A DNA stretch of 64,000 bases from an uncultured delta proteobacterium (GCA_963696385.1 CAVOKF010000007.1:544001-608000), one strand, 5' to 3'. Positions 17,835-27,917 are shown, numbered from the stretch's first letter. The notes: generated from the letters alone by a model not told the origin. Numbers and translations: made by a program.

Positions 17835-20213
17835 ATGAGCCGCGAGCCCGACAATCCGACGCTCGGAGATGAGCGAGGCCGTTCCCCGCGCCGCGGCGAC
17901 GACGAGGGCGATGCCGAATCGCCGGGCGATGCCTGGTCGACGGCTCCTCGGCGAGCGTCGGTCGGGATCCGACTGCTTCGAACGGTAGCGGCGGGCGCGC
18001 GCATCGGCGCCGGCGCGGCCGTTGGACTCTGGTGCGGCGACGTCGTGTTGCTCGCCTCCGTGCTGCCGGCCGCCGGCTGGCGGCGCTGGCTCATCGGCAT
18101 GGGGGCCGCCTTCTTGGTTTCGCTGACAACCGCCGTGCTGGTGGGAGCGTTGCTCGCTCCGGTGTTCGCCCCGGCGATGCCGCTCATCGCTCGGGCGGCC
18201 CGGACGCTGCGCGCGCGGCTGGCCCGCGGGGATCGAGAGGCACAGCACGCGCTTGCCGCTGGGTGGCTGGCTGCGATCGGGCTCGCCGTGCTCTGGGCGG
18301 TCGCGGGGTATGAGCTCGCGTTGAGCGCTGAGCTGACGTTTGCGCGTCCCGATTCGATCGCCGCGGCCCTAATGGCCTCCGGGATCCTCGTTGCTGCGAC
18401 CGTCGCGCTCGCGACTCCTGCGGCAGTCGGTTTGGCACGCGCCCTGGTGGAAGGCGCGTCCCACGTCCGCGGGTTTCGCTGGGTGATTGCGAGGCCTTGG
18501 GGAGTCCCTTGCGTGATGCTGGGCTGCGTCGCGGCGGGGGGATCCTGGCTGCTCAGGGCGCACGGAGCGGAGCTCGCCGCTTACCCGTGGCACGGCATTG
18601 CGGCGTGGCCCGGCGCTCTCGTCGGTGGTGCGGGCGCCGTGGCCTTGGCGCGGGTGCGCCCGCCGTGGAGGCGGCGCTTGGCGGGCGCGGGGGCGTTGGT
18701 GCTGGCGCTGGGCCTGGTCGGCGGTATCGTCGCGGCCGCACAGCTGCGCCCTGAATCGACCACGGCGCGGCGGCTCGCGTTCGAGGCCGCGCTGAGCGGC
18801 AGAATCGGATACGCCGCGTGGACCCAAGCCCTGGACTTCGACGGCGACGGCCAAATCAGCGTGTTGGGCGGGGGCGACTGCGCTCCCTTCGACCCGCGAC
18901 GGCATCGGGGCGCGGTCGAGATCCCCGGCAACGGCGTCGACGAGGACTGCGACGGCACGGACCTGCCCGCGCAACTCATCCGGCCAAGGCCGAGAATGCA
19001 GGTGGGTCAGGAGGCGCTGCCCCTGCATCCCGACATCGTTCTCGTGACGGTCGACGCGCTCGCGGCGCGCCGGTTGATGGCGCTCGGCAGCGACAAGGAG
19101 CTCATGCCGCACTTGGACGCTCTGGCCGCACGCGGGACGGTGTTCACGCACTGTTTTTCGCAAGGACCCTCGACGCGCCTGTCGTTTCCGTCGATCTTCA
19201 CGTCGCGCTGGGACTCGCAGCTGACCCACGTGTACTCGACCCGGATGCCCTATTCGACCGGGCCCTCGGACCGCGAGCTTCAAGAGATGCTCGACGAAGC
19301 CGGATACGCGACGGAAGCGGTCGTTCCCGCGAGCTACTTCGGTCGCGGCCGGTGGGCGAGCCTCACGCGCGGTTTCCAGCAGGTGGACGAATCAGCCGTC
19401 GCGGCCGGCAAGAACAATGCGCCGCGGGTGACCGATGCCGCGCTGCGGGTTTTCTTGTCCGCAAAGGACCGGCCGCAATACCTCTGGGTGCACTACTACG
19501 ATGCCCACGGGCCATACGTCGCCATCCCGGGCGTGGCGTATGCCAAGCGTACCGAGGAACCGCTCTACGAGGGCGAATTGACCTACATCGATCGCGAGAT
19601 CGGCCGGCTCATCGATGCGATCCACGAGCGGTCGCAGCCCACCTACCTCATCGTCACGGCCGACCACGGCACGGTATTCAGCACGGATCCGACGCGCAAG
19701 GGCCATTACGGGTACGACCTCTACACGGAAACCCTCCACGTGCCCCTGATTATCGTAGGGCCCGGCATTCCCGTCGGCCGCGCCGACGGCGTCGTGTCGA
19801 CGATGGACATCGCACCGACGATCAGCGACTTATTGCGTCTGTACACGTCGCACTTGTCCGGCCCGGCGTTCGAGGGCACGAGCCTCTTGCCCGAGATCCT
19901 GACAGGCACGCGCGATCCGAACCGTGTGGTTTTCAGCGAGTTTTACCTGCCGGAGCGCGGATTCCAGGGCAAGGATCCCCTCCAGATGGTCTCGGCCCGC
20001 AACGCTCGGTACAACCTGGTGCTCAATCGTGTGTCCGGGACGTTCGAGCTGTACGATTGGATGACCGACTACACCGAGCACCACGAGCTCTACGAGGACG
20101 AAGCTCAATCGCCGGAGGTCGTGCGCTTGCGGTCGCAGCTCCGGGCGTTCCTCCACCAGTTCGCCCCTCAGGCCTCCACGCTGGCGCTGCCGCCACCGGG
20201 TCAGGAGCCTTGA
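17835..20213 (+). CDS. Polytopic membrane protein with a sulfatase/alkaline-phosphatase-superfamily domain
   Basis: About 8 TM segments, a DFDGDG / EIPGNGVDEDCDG metal-binding-like motif, then VTVDAL, PSTRLS, WVHYYDAH, TADHG and HVPLII. Confidence 0.85.
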   Translation: MSREPDNPTLGDERGRSPRRGDDEGDAESPGDAWSTAPRRASVGIRLLRTVAAGARIGAGAAVGLWCGDVVLLASVLPAAGWRRWLIGMGAAFLVSLTTAVLVGALLAPVFAPAMPLIARAARTLRARLARGDREAQHALAAGWLAAIGLAVLWAVAGYELALSAELTFARPDSIAAALMASGILVAATVALATPAAVGLARALVEGASHVRGFRWVIARPWGVPCVMLGCVAAGGSWLLRAHGAELAAYPWHGIAAWPGALVGGAGAVALARVRPPWRRRLAGAGALVLALGLVGGIVAAAQLRPESTTARRLAFEAALSGRIGYAAWTQALDFDGDGQISVLGGGDCAPFDPRRHRGAVEIPGNGVDEDCDGTDLPAQLIRPRPRMQVGQEALPLHPDIVLVTVDALAARRLMALGSDKELMPHLDALAARGTVFTHCFSQGPSTRLSFPSIFTSRWDSQLTHVYSTRMPYSTGPSDRELQEMLDEAGYATEAVVPASYFGRGRWASLTRGFQQVDESAVAAGKNNAPRVTDAALRVFLSAKDRPQYLWVHYYDAHGPYVAIPGVAYAKRTEEPLYEGELTYIDREIGRLIDAIHERSQPTYLIVTADHGTVFSTDPTRKGHYGYDLYTETLHVPLIIVGPGIPVGRADGVVSTMDIAPTISDLLRLYTSHLSGPAFEGTSLLPEILTGTRDPNRVVFSEFYLPERGFQGKDPLQMVSARNARYNLVLNRVSGTFELYDWMTDYTEHHELYEDEAQSPEVVRLRSQLRAFLHQFAPQASTLALPPPGQEP

Positions 20214-20529
20214 AGGGTTACGATTGGTCGTAGCGCGTGAGGGGCGACCGATCGGTCGGTCTCTTCGAAACCGCCGGCACATGGCACGCGACGGCACGCG
20301 ACCCGGGCGGCACCCCCGACCCTTCAGGGCCGGGGCGTCGTTCCGCCGCAAGAAATGCCCACCGCATCGATGAGGGCTCCCAATCGGCCGAGGAAGCCGA
20401 CGGCCGCATGGATCCTCACCGCCCCGCGCATCCCCGCGCTCGGGCGCGGCCCCGAAGGCAGCTGCCCGCCCCACTCGCAAACGAACCGCCACACCGGCTC
20501 GGATACCCGTCACGAAGCGGTCGGACCAT

Positions 20530-21798
20530 TCAATATGCGAAGTACGGTCCCGCGCCCGCATCCGGTGTCGTCGCGCCCGCGATGGCCGTAAACACGGTGC
20601 GGCCGTAGAAAAATGAGAGGCCCCAATCGAAATAGTTGGGAAGCCCAAAAGCCGTGATCGCGAGGTCGTTGAAGGCTGTATTGCCGGTGCCGTAGAGCCC
20701 ATCGGCGGCCGCCACGCTGAAGGGCGTTTCGATGCTCACGGCGTTCAGGCCCCTGTTCGTCGCCATGAGGCTGAGACTCGTCGGCGGACAGAAATAGCCC
20801 ATGAAGGTTCCCGAGCACTGCGCGATGCTTGCGTCGGGGAAGGCGTACGAAAGCGAACCCGAGTCGATGAAGCTCGCGGGGAGATCTTGGCCGTCGAAAG
20901 AGGTGGTGAAATAGCCGGAGTTGGGGTCGATCGTGATGACCTGCGCGGCGCCGAGCCCGTTGTTGGACGCGGTGCCGATGCCGAAAATCAGCGAACCCGT
21001 GGCCGTGACCTCACCCGCCGGATCGATGGCGGGCAGTTGCACCGCCGTTCCGTTGTTGTCGCGCGCAAACAGCCCGACGGGGTTCTGGACCTGGTTCGGA
21101 ATAGACACCGAGGCAGGCGTGCACGCCGTGCTCGTGCAGGAATAATAACTTCCGGTCTGCGGGCTCGCGCTGGCGCACGCGACGCCGCAGTCGGCCTGTT
21201 GGAATCCGATGCCGATGAGGCCGTTGCCACCAAATGCGCTGACCGTGTCTTCCTCGGTGCCGGCGCTCGAACAATCCGACGGAACGCTGACGGCCCCTGC
21301 CGCCCCGGCAATCTGGATGGGTACCGCGGCGCCGAGCTCGCCTCCGACGTGCACGTCCGCGGTTGCAACCGGCCCCCAGTTGTAGCCTTCCGAGTACTGG
21401 TAGCACTCGATGAGAGGGTTGCCGTCGGCGGCCATCTGTTGCGGAAGCATCAGGGCGGCGTCGAGCGCCGAAGCGACCACGCGTAGCCCACTGGAGCCCG
21501 TGTCGACTTCGATGTGATCGATCGTTTGGCAGACAGTCGTTCCGGGTCGGCATAGGGTTACGGTGGTGTAGAGCGTGTTGATGGCCTGGACGCCCGGTGG
21601 ACCGTTGTCCACGACGATGCGTGCGACGTTGATGGCCAGCCCCCCGTCCGTGTCGGTCGTGGCGTCGTCGGTGGCGTTGGCCGCGTCCTGCACGTCGGGC
21701 GGGACGTCGGTGTTCTTGTCCCCGGGCGAGCGCGACCCCCCGCAGGCGACGGCGAGCCCACCGACGAGGGCCACGAGGGTGCGTCCGGCGATCACCAT
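20530..21798 (-). CDS. DUF3443-like lipoprotein with pepsin-like motifs
   Basis: ATG at 21798, lipobox AVAC. Motifs VTLCRPGT..CQTIDHI.VDTGSSGLR, QVQNPV..F..DNNG, FIDSGS and FDWGL.FFYGR.VF.AI. Confidence 0.85.
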   Translation of the reverse strand: MVIAGRTLVALVGGLAVACGGSRSPGDKNTDVPPDVQDAANATDDATTDTDGGLAINVARIVVDNGPPGVQAINTLYTTVTLCRPGTTVCQTIDHIEVDTGSSGLRVVASALDAALMLPQQMAADGNPLIECYQYSEGYNWGPVATADVHVGGELGAAVPIQIAGAAGAVSVPSDCSSAGTEEDTVSAFGGNGLIGIGFQQADCGVACASASPQTGSYYSCTSTACTPASVSIPNQVQNPVGLFARDNNGTAVQLPAIDPAGEVTATGSLIFGIGTASNNGLGAAQVITIDPNSGYFTTSFDGQDLPASFIDSGSLSYAFPDASIAQCSGTFMGYFCPPTSLSLMATNRGLNAVSIETPFSVAAADGLYGTGNTAFNDLAITAFGLPNYFDWGLSFFYGRTVFTAIAGATTPDAGAGPYFAY

Positions 21799-22256
21799 GC
21801 CCGCACCGTGCCGAGGTCGAACCCCTCGGGCAAGTGCGTCGGAAGCCAGGCGCGCCCGATGAACCCGCCGTGATGTCCGGCCGACTGGACCGCCCAATCG
21901 GGGGTGACGACGACGCGCAGATGGTGTGCCGCCGGCCGATCGCGGGGGCTTTTCACATACGGTTCGAAGTACGACCCGAGTAACCGTCGCAGATTGGGCA
22001 TCACGGGCCCTGCCCACGCGAGGGCGAACACCTTGCCGCTCCGCAAGTATTCGCGCACGACGGCGCCCGACGGCAGTCGCAGCTCGTGCACCTCCCAACT
22101 CTTCACGAGCGTGACCTTTCGCGCGGCCCCGAGCGCGGCACTGTCGGCGGCGATGGACGCCGCATCGTCGCCGAGGGCCGCGAGCGCGGGGGAGGGCACA
22201 GCAAGGCCAAGAGCCAGAGAACCGAGTATCCCACGGGCCGCGCGGCTGGAAATCAT
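21792..22256 (-). CDS. DUF2844-like secreted protein
   Basis: Signal peptide ..ALA/ALG, VREY..SGKVFALAW.GP.MP.L..LLG.YF, and GH...F.GRAWLP..LP.G. It overlaps the DUF3443 start. Confidence 0.85.
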   Translation of the reverse strand: MISSRAARGILGSLALGLAVPSPALAALGDDAASIAADSAALGAARKVTLVKSWEVHELRLPSGAVVREYLRSGKVFALAWAGPVMPNLRRLLGSYFEPYVKSPRDRPAAHHLRVVVTPDWAVQSAGHHGGFIGRAWLPTHLPEGFDLGTVRAW

Positions 22257-22452
22257 GGCAAGCACGAATCATAGAAGGGCTTGCCAGGCAGATCGAGCGG
22301 TCTCTTTTTGGGTCCGAATCCATCGATTTCGGGCGCGCGCACCTACAAGCGCACCTCGGTTCGGACGATTTGCCCAACGGCGGGCCTCGAGAAGAATGGA
22401 AACTCGAGCAGGGCGGCTGCGCCGTTCCTTGACCCTAACACGCATCCATGAT

Positions 22453-22473
22453 ACCAGTATTATATATGCTTGT
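22453..22473. promoter_or_regulatory. Putative Rrf2/NsrR operator
   Basis: AT-rich imperfect inverted repeat ACCAGTAT-TATAT-ATGCTTGT (6 of 8 arm positions match), upstream of the Rrf2 gene. Confidence 0.55.
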
Positions 22474-22590
22474 TCTTAAACGCTCAACCGGGAGGTGCCA
22501 TCCGCAGGCGACAGCCGTGCGAGATGGGATGTCGTTCCGCAGCCGGAACGAGCGCGATTCGAGGGCGGCCGATGGCGCCGCTTTGGCAGC

Positions 22591-23028
22591 GTGCGTTTGA
22601 CGCTGCACTCGGACTATGCCCTTCGGGCCTTGCTGTTTCTCGCGGCGAGGCCCGACGATGTCGTCAGTATCGGCGAGATTGCCGCCGCCTACGGTATCTC
22701 GGCGCATCACCTGGCCAAGGTGGCGCAAAAGCTCGGGCACACCCAGTACGTCACCCTGTTGAGGGGCCCTAAAGGCGGCCTGCGCCTGGCGCGCGCGCCT
22801 CAAGCGATTTCTATCGGTGATGTCGTGCGGCAATTCGAGCCCGACATGGCCTTGGTCGAGTGCTTCGCTCCCGAGACCAACACGTGCCCGATCGCCCGGG
22901 CGTGCGGGTTGAAGGGTATCTTGGCCGGCGCTCAGGCCAGCTTCCTGGCGCACCTGGATTCTCACACGCTGGCCGACGCCGCCGATCGTCCGCAGGCCTT
23001 GCTCCAACTTTTGAAGCGCAGTCGATGA
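22591..23028 (+). CDS. nsrR: Rrf2-family Fe-S regulator, NsrR-like
   Basis: GTG at 22591. RLT..SDYALR.L..LA, IS.HHL.KV, RG.KGGLRLAR, and three Cys in VECF....NTCPI..ACGL. Confidence 0.8.
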   Translation: MRLTLHSDYALRALLFLAARPDDVVSIGEIAAAYGISAHHLAKVAQKLGHTQYVTLLRGPKGGLRLARAPQAISIGDVVRQFEPDMALVECFAPETNTCPIARACGLKGILAGAQASFLAHLDSHTLADAADRPQALLQLLKRSR

Positions 23029-23086
23029 ATCAGGACATGCTGGTTTGGATCTCAATCGAGTCGGCCGAAACGCGAGGAGTTACCCA

Positions 23087-24124
23087 ATGTGTCGGGGCCT
23101 GGTCCTCCTATTTCTCTCTGGGGCTGCCGTTGCATGCGGGAACGCCGAGCCGGATAGCGATACAACGGGCTGCGCCGTGGGCGACGCAGGCGAGTCCTTG
23201 GAGCTTCGCTGCACCGGTCTGTATTCCAACTGGCCCTTGAGAACCATTTCGCCCGATGTCGAATCCTACACTCCTGGCATTCCCCTATGGAGCGACGGGG
23301 CCCTCAAGTCTCGTTGGGTGTACCTTCCGCCGGGGACGTCGATCGATACCTCGGATATGGACGAGTGGACGTTTCCCGTCGGGACCAAGCTGTGGAAGCA
23401 GTTCATTGTGGACGGTCAACTCGTCGAGACGCGCCTGTTATGGAAGCAAGCCTCGGGCTGGTACCGGACCACCTACAGGTGGTCGGCCGACGGCACGAAC
23501 ACGGTCGAGCTGACGACGGGCGGCCTCGCGAACGGCTGGTACGAGATCCCGTCCCAGCTGGATTGCTACACATGCCATGAAGGACAGCGGGACGGCGTCA
23601 TGGGGTTCTCGGCCGTCAGCCTGTCGCTTCCGAGCGCCGCGGGGATGACCCTCGACGCGCTGGCGCAACGACACCTGATCACGGACCCGCCGGCCACCCC
23701 GATCGTCGTCCCCGGCTCGCCGCTCGACCAGTGGGCGCTCGGGTTTCTGCACATCAACTGCGGAATCGTGTGCCACAACGAGGACTACGGATATGCATCG
23801 TGGACCGGATTTTTCATGCGTTTGGACGTGGCCCAATTGAGCAGCGTTCAGGCCACCAACACGTGGCAAACCGGCGTGAACGAACCGACGGAGGTCTATT
23901 CGGTGCCAGGCATCGTGGCTCGCATTGCCGCAGGCAATGCCATTGGAAGCTGCGTCCACTACCGCATGGGCCAGCGCAACAACGACAATGCCATGCCACC
24001 TCTCGATTCCCACGTGGTGGACGACGCGGGCCTTCAACTCATCGGGGAGTGGATCGATTCCCTGGATGCCGGAGACATCCTGGGTGTGCTCGATGGGCAG
24101 GTGGTCAACCCCCCGCCGCCGTGA
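23087..24124 (+). CDS. Diheme c-type cytochrome lipoprotein (SO2930-like domain)
   Basis: Lipobox AVAC, PLWSDGA.K.RW, FPVGT..WK.F, ETRL, heme motifs CYTCH and CGIVCH, and C-terminal MPPL. Confidence 0.75.
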   Translation: MCRGLVLLFLSGAAVACGNAEPDSDTTGCAVGDAGESLELRCTGLYSNWPLRTISPDVESYTPGIPLWSDGALKSRWVYLPPGTSIDTSDMDEWTFPVGTKLWKQFIVDGQLVETRLLWKQASGWYRTTYRWSADGTNTVELTTGGLANGWYEIPSQLDCYTCHEGQRDGVMGFSAVSLSLPSAAGMTLDALAQRHLITDPPATPIVVPGSPLDQWALGFLHINCGIVCHNEDYGYASWTGFFMRLDVAQLSSVQATNTWQTGVNEPTEVYSVPGIVARIAAGNAIGSCVHYRMGQRNNDNAMPPLDSHVVDDAGLQLIGEWIDSLDAGDILGVLDGQVVNPPPP

Positions 24125-24327
24125 ACGAGAGGCGCGCGCAATCGGACGCAGGCCCAAGCGGCGCGCATCACGACGGTCCTCGAAAGTCGACCATCGGCGC
24201 CACCCTACGAGAGCGCCCAGAGGCCCGCTCCGATCGAGTGGCCACAGGGGACAGTGCGCGGACGTCTCGAGGAAAAGAGCGGAGGAACGAGCAGCGATCT
24301 TCGCCGGCCTGCGGGCGAGGGCGAAGG

Positions 24328-24460
24328 GTGACCGATCCGCTCGTGGCGCTTCGTCGCTCCGATCCACTTTCGTTGGGCGAAGCCGTCGCTGCCGTCGCTC
24401 ACTCACGCGCAGGGGCCATCAGCGTGTTCTTGAGCGTCGTTCGGGACCAAACGAAAAGCG
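24328..24460 (+). pseudogene. moaE: 5' remnant of molybdopterin synthase large subunit
   Basis: DPLSLGEAVAAVAHSRAGAISVFLSVVRD resembles the MoaE N-terminus (GA...F.G.VRD). Similarity then stops and the frame runs antisense into cobA. Confidence 0.55.
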
Positions 24461-24518
24461 TTTGTACATGGAACTCCTCAACGCGTCGCGGGGACGGCCC
24501 GGCATCGTGCGCTTGTCC

Positions 24519-25307
24519 TCAAGAGCCGCGCCGCGCGCTGCGGCTTACTTCAGAGTGCGCGGTCGCCGACGTGCCTCTCGCCCCCAGCGCGCCCAGGGCT
24601 TCGCGGACGCGCACCACGTCACCGATGAAGACGATCCCCGGTAGGTCGGGCGAGGCCGCTAGGACGTCCTTTGCGCGCTCCGCCAGCGTCGACAGGGTTC
24701 CGGTCACCGTCTGCTCGCGCGCCGTGGTCGCCGCCAGCACGAGCGCGGCTGGCGTACTCCGCGGCCACCCTGCCGCGGCAATCGCGCGGAGATTCGCGGC
24801 GAGCTTGCGCGACGCCATGTAGAGGACGAGCGTTCGCCCCGCCACCGCCCCCGGCATTCCTCCGTCGCCGTGGTGGGCGGTCATGAGCAGCGCCTGCGCC
24901 GCGTAATCCCGGTGCGTGAGCGGGATGCAGGCGGACGCGGCGGCCCCGAGCGCCGCGGTGATGCCCGGGACGATCTCGAATGGGATGCCCGCCGCCGCGA
25001 GTTCCTCTGCCTCCTCGCCCCCGCGCCCGAAAACCAGCGGATCGCCCGCCTTGAGCCGAACGACGAAGCGTCCGGCGCGCGCTCGGGCGAGCACATCGGG
25101 GTGCAGCCGATACGTCGGTGGGCCATGCCCGACCCGGCGGCCCACCGGCAAGACCTCCGCCGAGAGCGGTGCCATCGCCAGGATGGCCTCCGACACGAGC
25201 TCGTCGTGCGCGACGACCTCAGCCACGGCGAGGAGCTCCGCCGCACGCAGGGTGAGGAGCTTCGGATCGCCCGGCCCCGCGCCGACGAGGGCGACGCGGC
25301 CGCTCAT
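24519..25307 (-). CDS. cobA: Uroporphyrinogen-III C-methyltransferase
   Basis: ATG at 25307. GRVALVGAGPGDP.LLTLRA, VVRLKAGDPLVFGRGGEE, IVPGITAA and PLTHR. Confidence 0.92.
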   Translation of the reverse strand: MSGRVALVGAGPGDPKLLTLRAAELLAVAEVVAHDELVSEAILAMAPLSAEVLPVGRRVGHGPPTYRLHPDVLARARAGRFVVRLKAGDPLVFGRGGEEAEELAAAGIPFEIVPGITAALGAAASACIPLTHRDYAAQALLMTAHHGDGGMPGAVAGRTLVLYMASRKLAANLRAIAAAGWPRSTPAALVLAATTAREQTVTGTLSTLAERAKDVLAASPDLPGIVFIGDVVRVREALGALGARGTSATAHSEVSRSARRGS

Positions 25308-25492
25308 GCCATTGCCCCTCGGCCGACCGTGTCGGGAGCCCTTGTGCCTCGAGCCGGAGCGTGTGGACGACCGTGCAATGGGAGCACTTTGCCATCTTCT
25401 ACATCGCAAGACACGATTATGGCGCACGCCCGTCTGAGACTTTCGAGCGGAGGTCTTCTCGGAGGAGAGGATCCTCGAAGGGACGTACTCGC

Positions 25493-27385
25493 CTACGGTT
25501 TGGCAGCCCGGGGCCGGCCATCGGGTCGCCAGCGCAACTCGTAACTCGGTTCGCCCGGGCGTTCCGCGTCGAGCCGACGCGCGTGGGCGCCGAGGAGGTC
25601 GCTTCGCGTGAGGATCGCGACAACTCGACCCGGCTCGTGCCGCGAGACGACGGGGAGCCGCCCCACCCCCTCGTGGATCATGTGGTCCGCGGCCTCGCGC
25701 AGCGACGAGTCCATGAAGGCGACGGTGGGCGGACGTTTGACCCGATCGCGAATCTTGTCGGTGGGCGCGACCTGCTCGGGAGTCAGCAGATCGCGGCGGG
25801 TGAGGACTCCGACGAGGCGACCGCGATCGTCGACAACGGGGAAACCCTGATGGCTCGAGCCCGCGACGCCACTGGCAATCCACGTCCGAACCGCCTCGGT
25901 GGGGTCGTCGGCTCTCAGGGTCACGACGGGGGCCACGGCCGCATCGGCGACCAGGACCTGCTCCAAAAAGTCCGCGACGTACTCGCTGACGACGCGGGCT
26001 CCGCGTCGTGCGATCTTTTCGGTCATGATCGAGTGGCGCATCAGCAGCGCCGACACGAGGTAGGCGGTCGTACACCCACCCAAAAGGGGCAAAAGCCCCA
26101 TCGGTTGGCGCGTCGTCTCGAAAGCGAACACCACCGACGCAAGCAGCGCCCGCGACGCACCGGCGAAGAGCGCGGCCATGCCGACCAGCGCGGCCACGCG
26201 CACGTCGACCGCGGCACCCGGCAGCGCCCAGGCGGCGACCGAACCGAGCGCCGAACCGATACCGCCCCCGATGGTGAAAAGCGGAGCGAGCGTTCCGCCC
26301 AAGGTCCCGGTCCCGAGCGACAACGTCCACGAGACGAACTTGAGCACACAAAACGCCAGAGCGGCACGTCCTGCCAAATCGCCCGATAGAATCCGGTCGA
26401 TGTTGTCGTACCCCACCCCCATCGTATGCGGCGAGACGTATCCGACTGCGCCGACGACCACGCCGCCGATCGCCGGCCACCACATCCAATGAAGAGGGAC
26501 CTTCTCGAACACGTCCTCGACGGCGTAGACGGCGCGGGTCACCAGCGTCGAGACAAGGCCGACGACCGTACCCATGGCAACGTACACGGCGAGGGCCTGG
26601 CCGCTTGGCGCGGCGACCGTCGGCATGGAGAATGCCGGCTCGGACCCCACGAGGGCGATGCGCATACCGCACGCCGCGACGCTCGCGAGCGCCACGGGCA
26701 CCAGGGACCGAACGCGGTATTCGAATAGCAAGAGCTCAATGGCAAGCAGCACGGCGCTCACCGGGCTGGCGAACGTCGCCGACATCCCCGCTGCGGCCCC
26801 TGCCGCCAGCAGCGTCTTGCGCTGCTCGGCCGAGATGCGCAGGATCTGCCCGAGCAGGGACCCGAGGGCGCCACCTGTGGCGATGATCGGGCCTTCGGCG
26901 CCGAAGGGCCCGCCGGTGCCAATCGAAATGGCGGCCGAAAGCGGCTTGAGGAACGTGACCCGCGCAGGGATACGGCTCTCGTTGAAGAGCACCTGCTCCA
27001 TGGCCTCCGGGATGCCATGACCTCGAATGGCGGCCGACCCATAGCGAGCCATCGCGCCCACGGCGAGCCCGCCGACCACAGGCACGAGGACGACGAATCC
27101 GCCGAGGTGGTTGCCGGCAGGTCCGATGACATCCAAAGACCAGCGACCGTAGAACGCGAGGTTCGTGATGAGCCCGATGAGCGCCGTCAGGCTACGCGCG
27201 ATGCCTCCCGCGACAAGACCGATGCCGATGGCGAGGCCGCTGATCCCAAGGACGCGCGAGTCGACGGCCGGCCGCCGGATCGGCCCTCCCGCAGCCTCCA
27301 GGGTAGGCGCCAGCGAGGGGGCGATCGGAAGTCGGTCCGCGGAGCGATCGCTCGCGCGCACAGCTTCGTCATCGCGTATCGTCAC
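25493..27385 (-). CDS. ClC chloride channel/transporter family protein with a CBS pair
   Basis: GHGIPE, GAEGP, GAAAGMSATF..P and GTLAP motifs, many TM helices, and C-terminal CBS domains. Confidence 0.9.
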   Translation of the reverse strand: MTIRDDEAVRASDRSADRLPIAPSLAPTLEAAGGPIRRPAVDSRVLGISGLAIGIGLVAGGIARSLTALIGLITNLAFYGRWSLDVIGPAGNHLGGFVVLVPVVGGLAVGAMARYGSAAIRGHGIPEAMEQVLFNESRIPARVTFLKPLSAAISIGTGGPFGAEGPIIATGGALGSLLGQILRISAEQRKTLLAAGAAAGMSATFASPVSAVLLAIELLLFEYRVRSLVPVALASVAACGMRIALVGSEPAFSMPTVAAPSGQALAVYVAMGTVVGLVSTLVTRAVYAVEDVFEKVPLHWMWWPAIGGVVVGAVGYVSPHTMGVGYDNIDRILSGDLAGRAALAFCVLKFVSWTLSLGTGTLGGTLAPLFTIGGGIGSALGSVAAWALPGAAVDVRVAALVGMAALFAGASRALLASVVFAFETTRQPMGLLPLLGGCTTAYLVSALLMRHSIMTEKIARRGARVVSEYVADFLEQVLVADAAVAPVVTLRADDPTEAVRTWIASGVAGSSHQGFPVVDDRGRLVGVLTRRDLLTPEQVAPTDKIRDRVKRPPTVAFMDSSLREAADHMIHEGVGRLPVVSRHEPGRVVAILTRSDLLGAHARRLDAERPGEPSYELRWRPDGRPRAAKP

Positions 27386-27917
27386 CCGATCCTCGCAGTC
27401 CGCCTGGTGTGGGCGTCGAGGCGGTATCCTCGAAGAACATGTGCGGGGCGGTGCTCCCTAGGCCCATCGCACGCACGAAGGCCGACATCCCGAGAGCGAG
27501 CGCGGCGAGCTCGGACGGCGCCAAGCGGTGCAGCGCCTCGACGAGCCGGGCCTGCGTCGGCTCCGGGCACCGCGCGAGCAGTCGCCTTCCAGCCGCCGTC
27601 ACGTTGAGCTCGACTCGACGAGCGTCTTGCGCCGACAATCGTCGGATAACGAGCCTTTTGTCGATGAGCCGCTGCACCACGATCGACACCGAACTCTGGT
27701 CCGTCATCGTGCGCCGGGTCAGATCGCCGACCGACAAGGCGGGCGCCTCGGCCAGGACATGCAGGACGAAGAGCTGGGCGCCGCTGATTCCGGCGATCCG
27801 TTCGGCATCGCGCGCGCTCACGCGCAAGTCCCGTACGATGCGCCGGAGCCCATCCAAGATCCCGTGGACCCTTGACTTGTCGGCCGCGTGGATCCGGCCC
27901 TGTTCCAGTCGATGCAT
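27369..27917 (-). CDS. MarR-family transcriptional regulator
   Basis: GISGAQLFVL..L, TMTDQSSVS.VV.RL and DARRVEL.VT.AG. The start is uncertain, and an out-of-frame ATG lies at 27927. Confidence 0.85.
   Translation of the reverse strand: MHRLEQGRIHAADKSRVHGILDGLRRIVRDLRVSARDAERIAGISGAQLFVLHVLAEAPALSVGDLTRRTMTDQSSVSIVVQRLIDKRLVIRRLSAQDARRVELNVTAAGRRLLARCPEPTQARLVEALHRLAPSELAALALGMSAFVRAMGLGSTAPHMFFEDTASTPTPGGLRGSGDDTR

Noticed and set aside
25308..25492. Possible cobalamin riboswitch upstream of cobA
   Set aside because: No B12-box or conserved GGGAA / GCCACTG elements are visible.
24519..26672. 717-aa ORF suggesting a CobA fusion
   Set aside because: The upstream part is an off-frame reading of the ClC gene. 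CobA motifs start at 25307.
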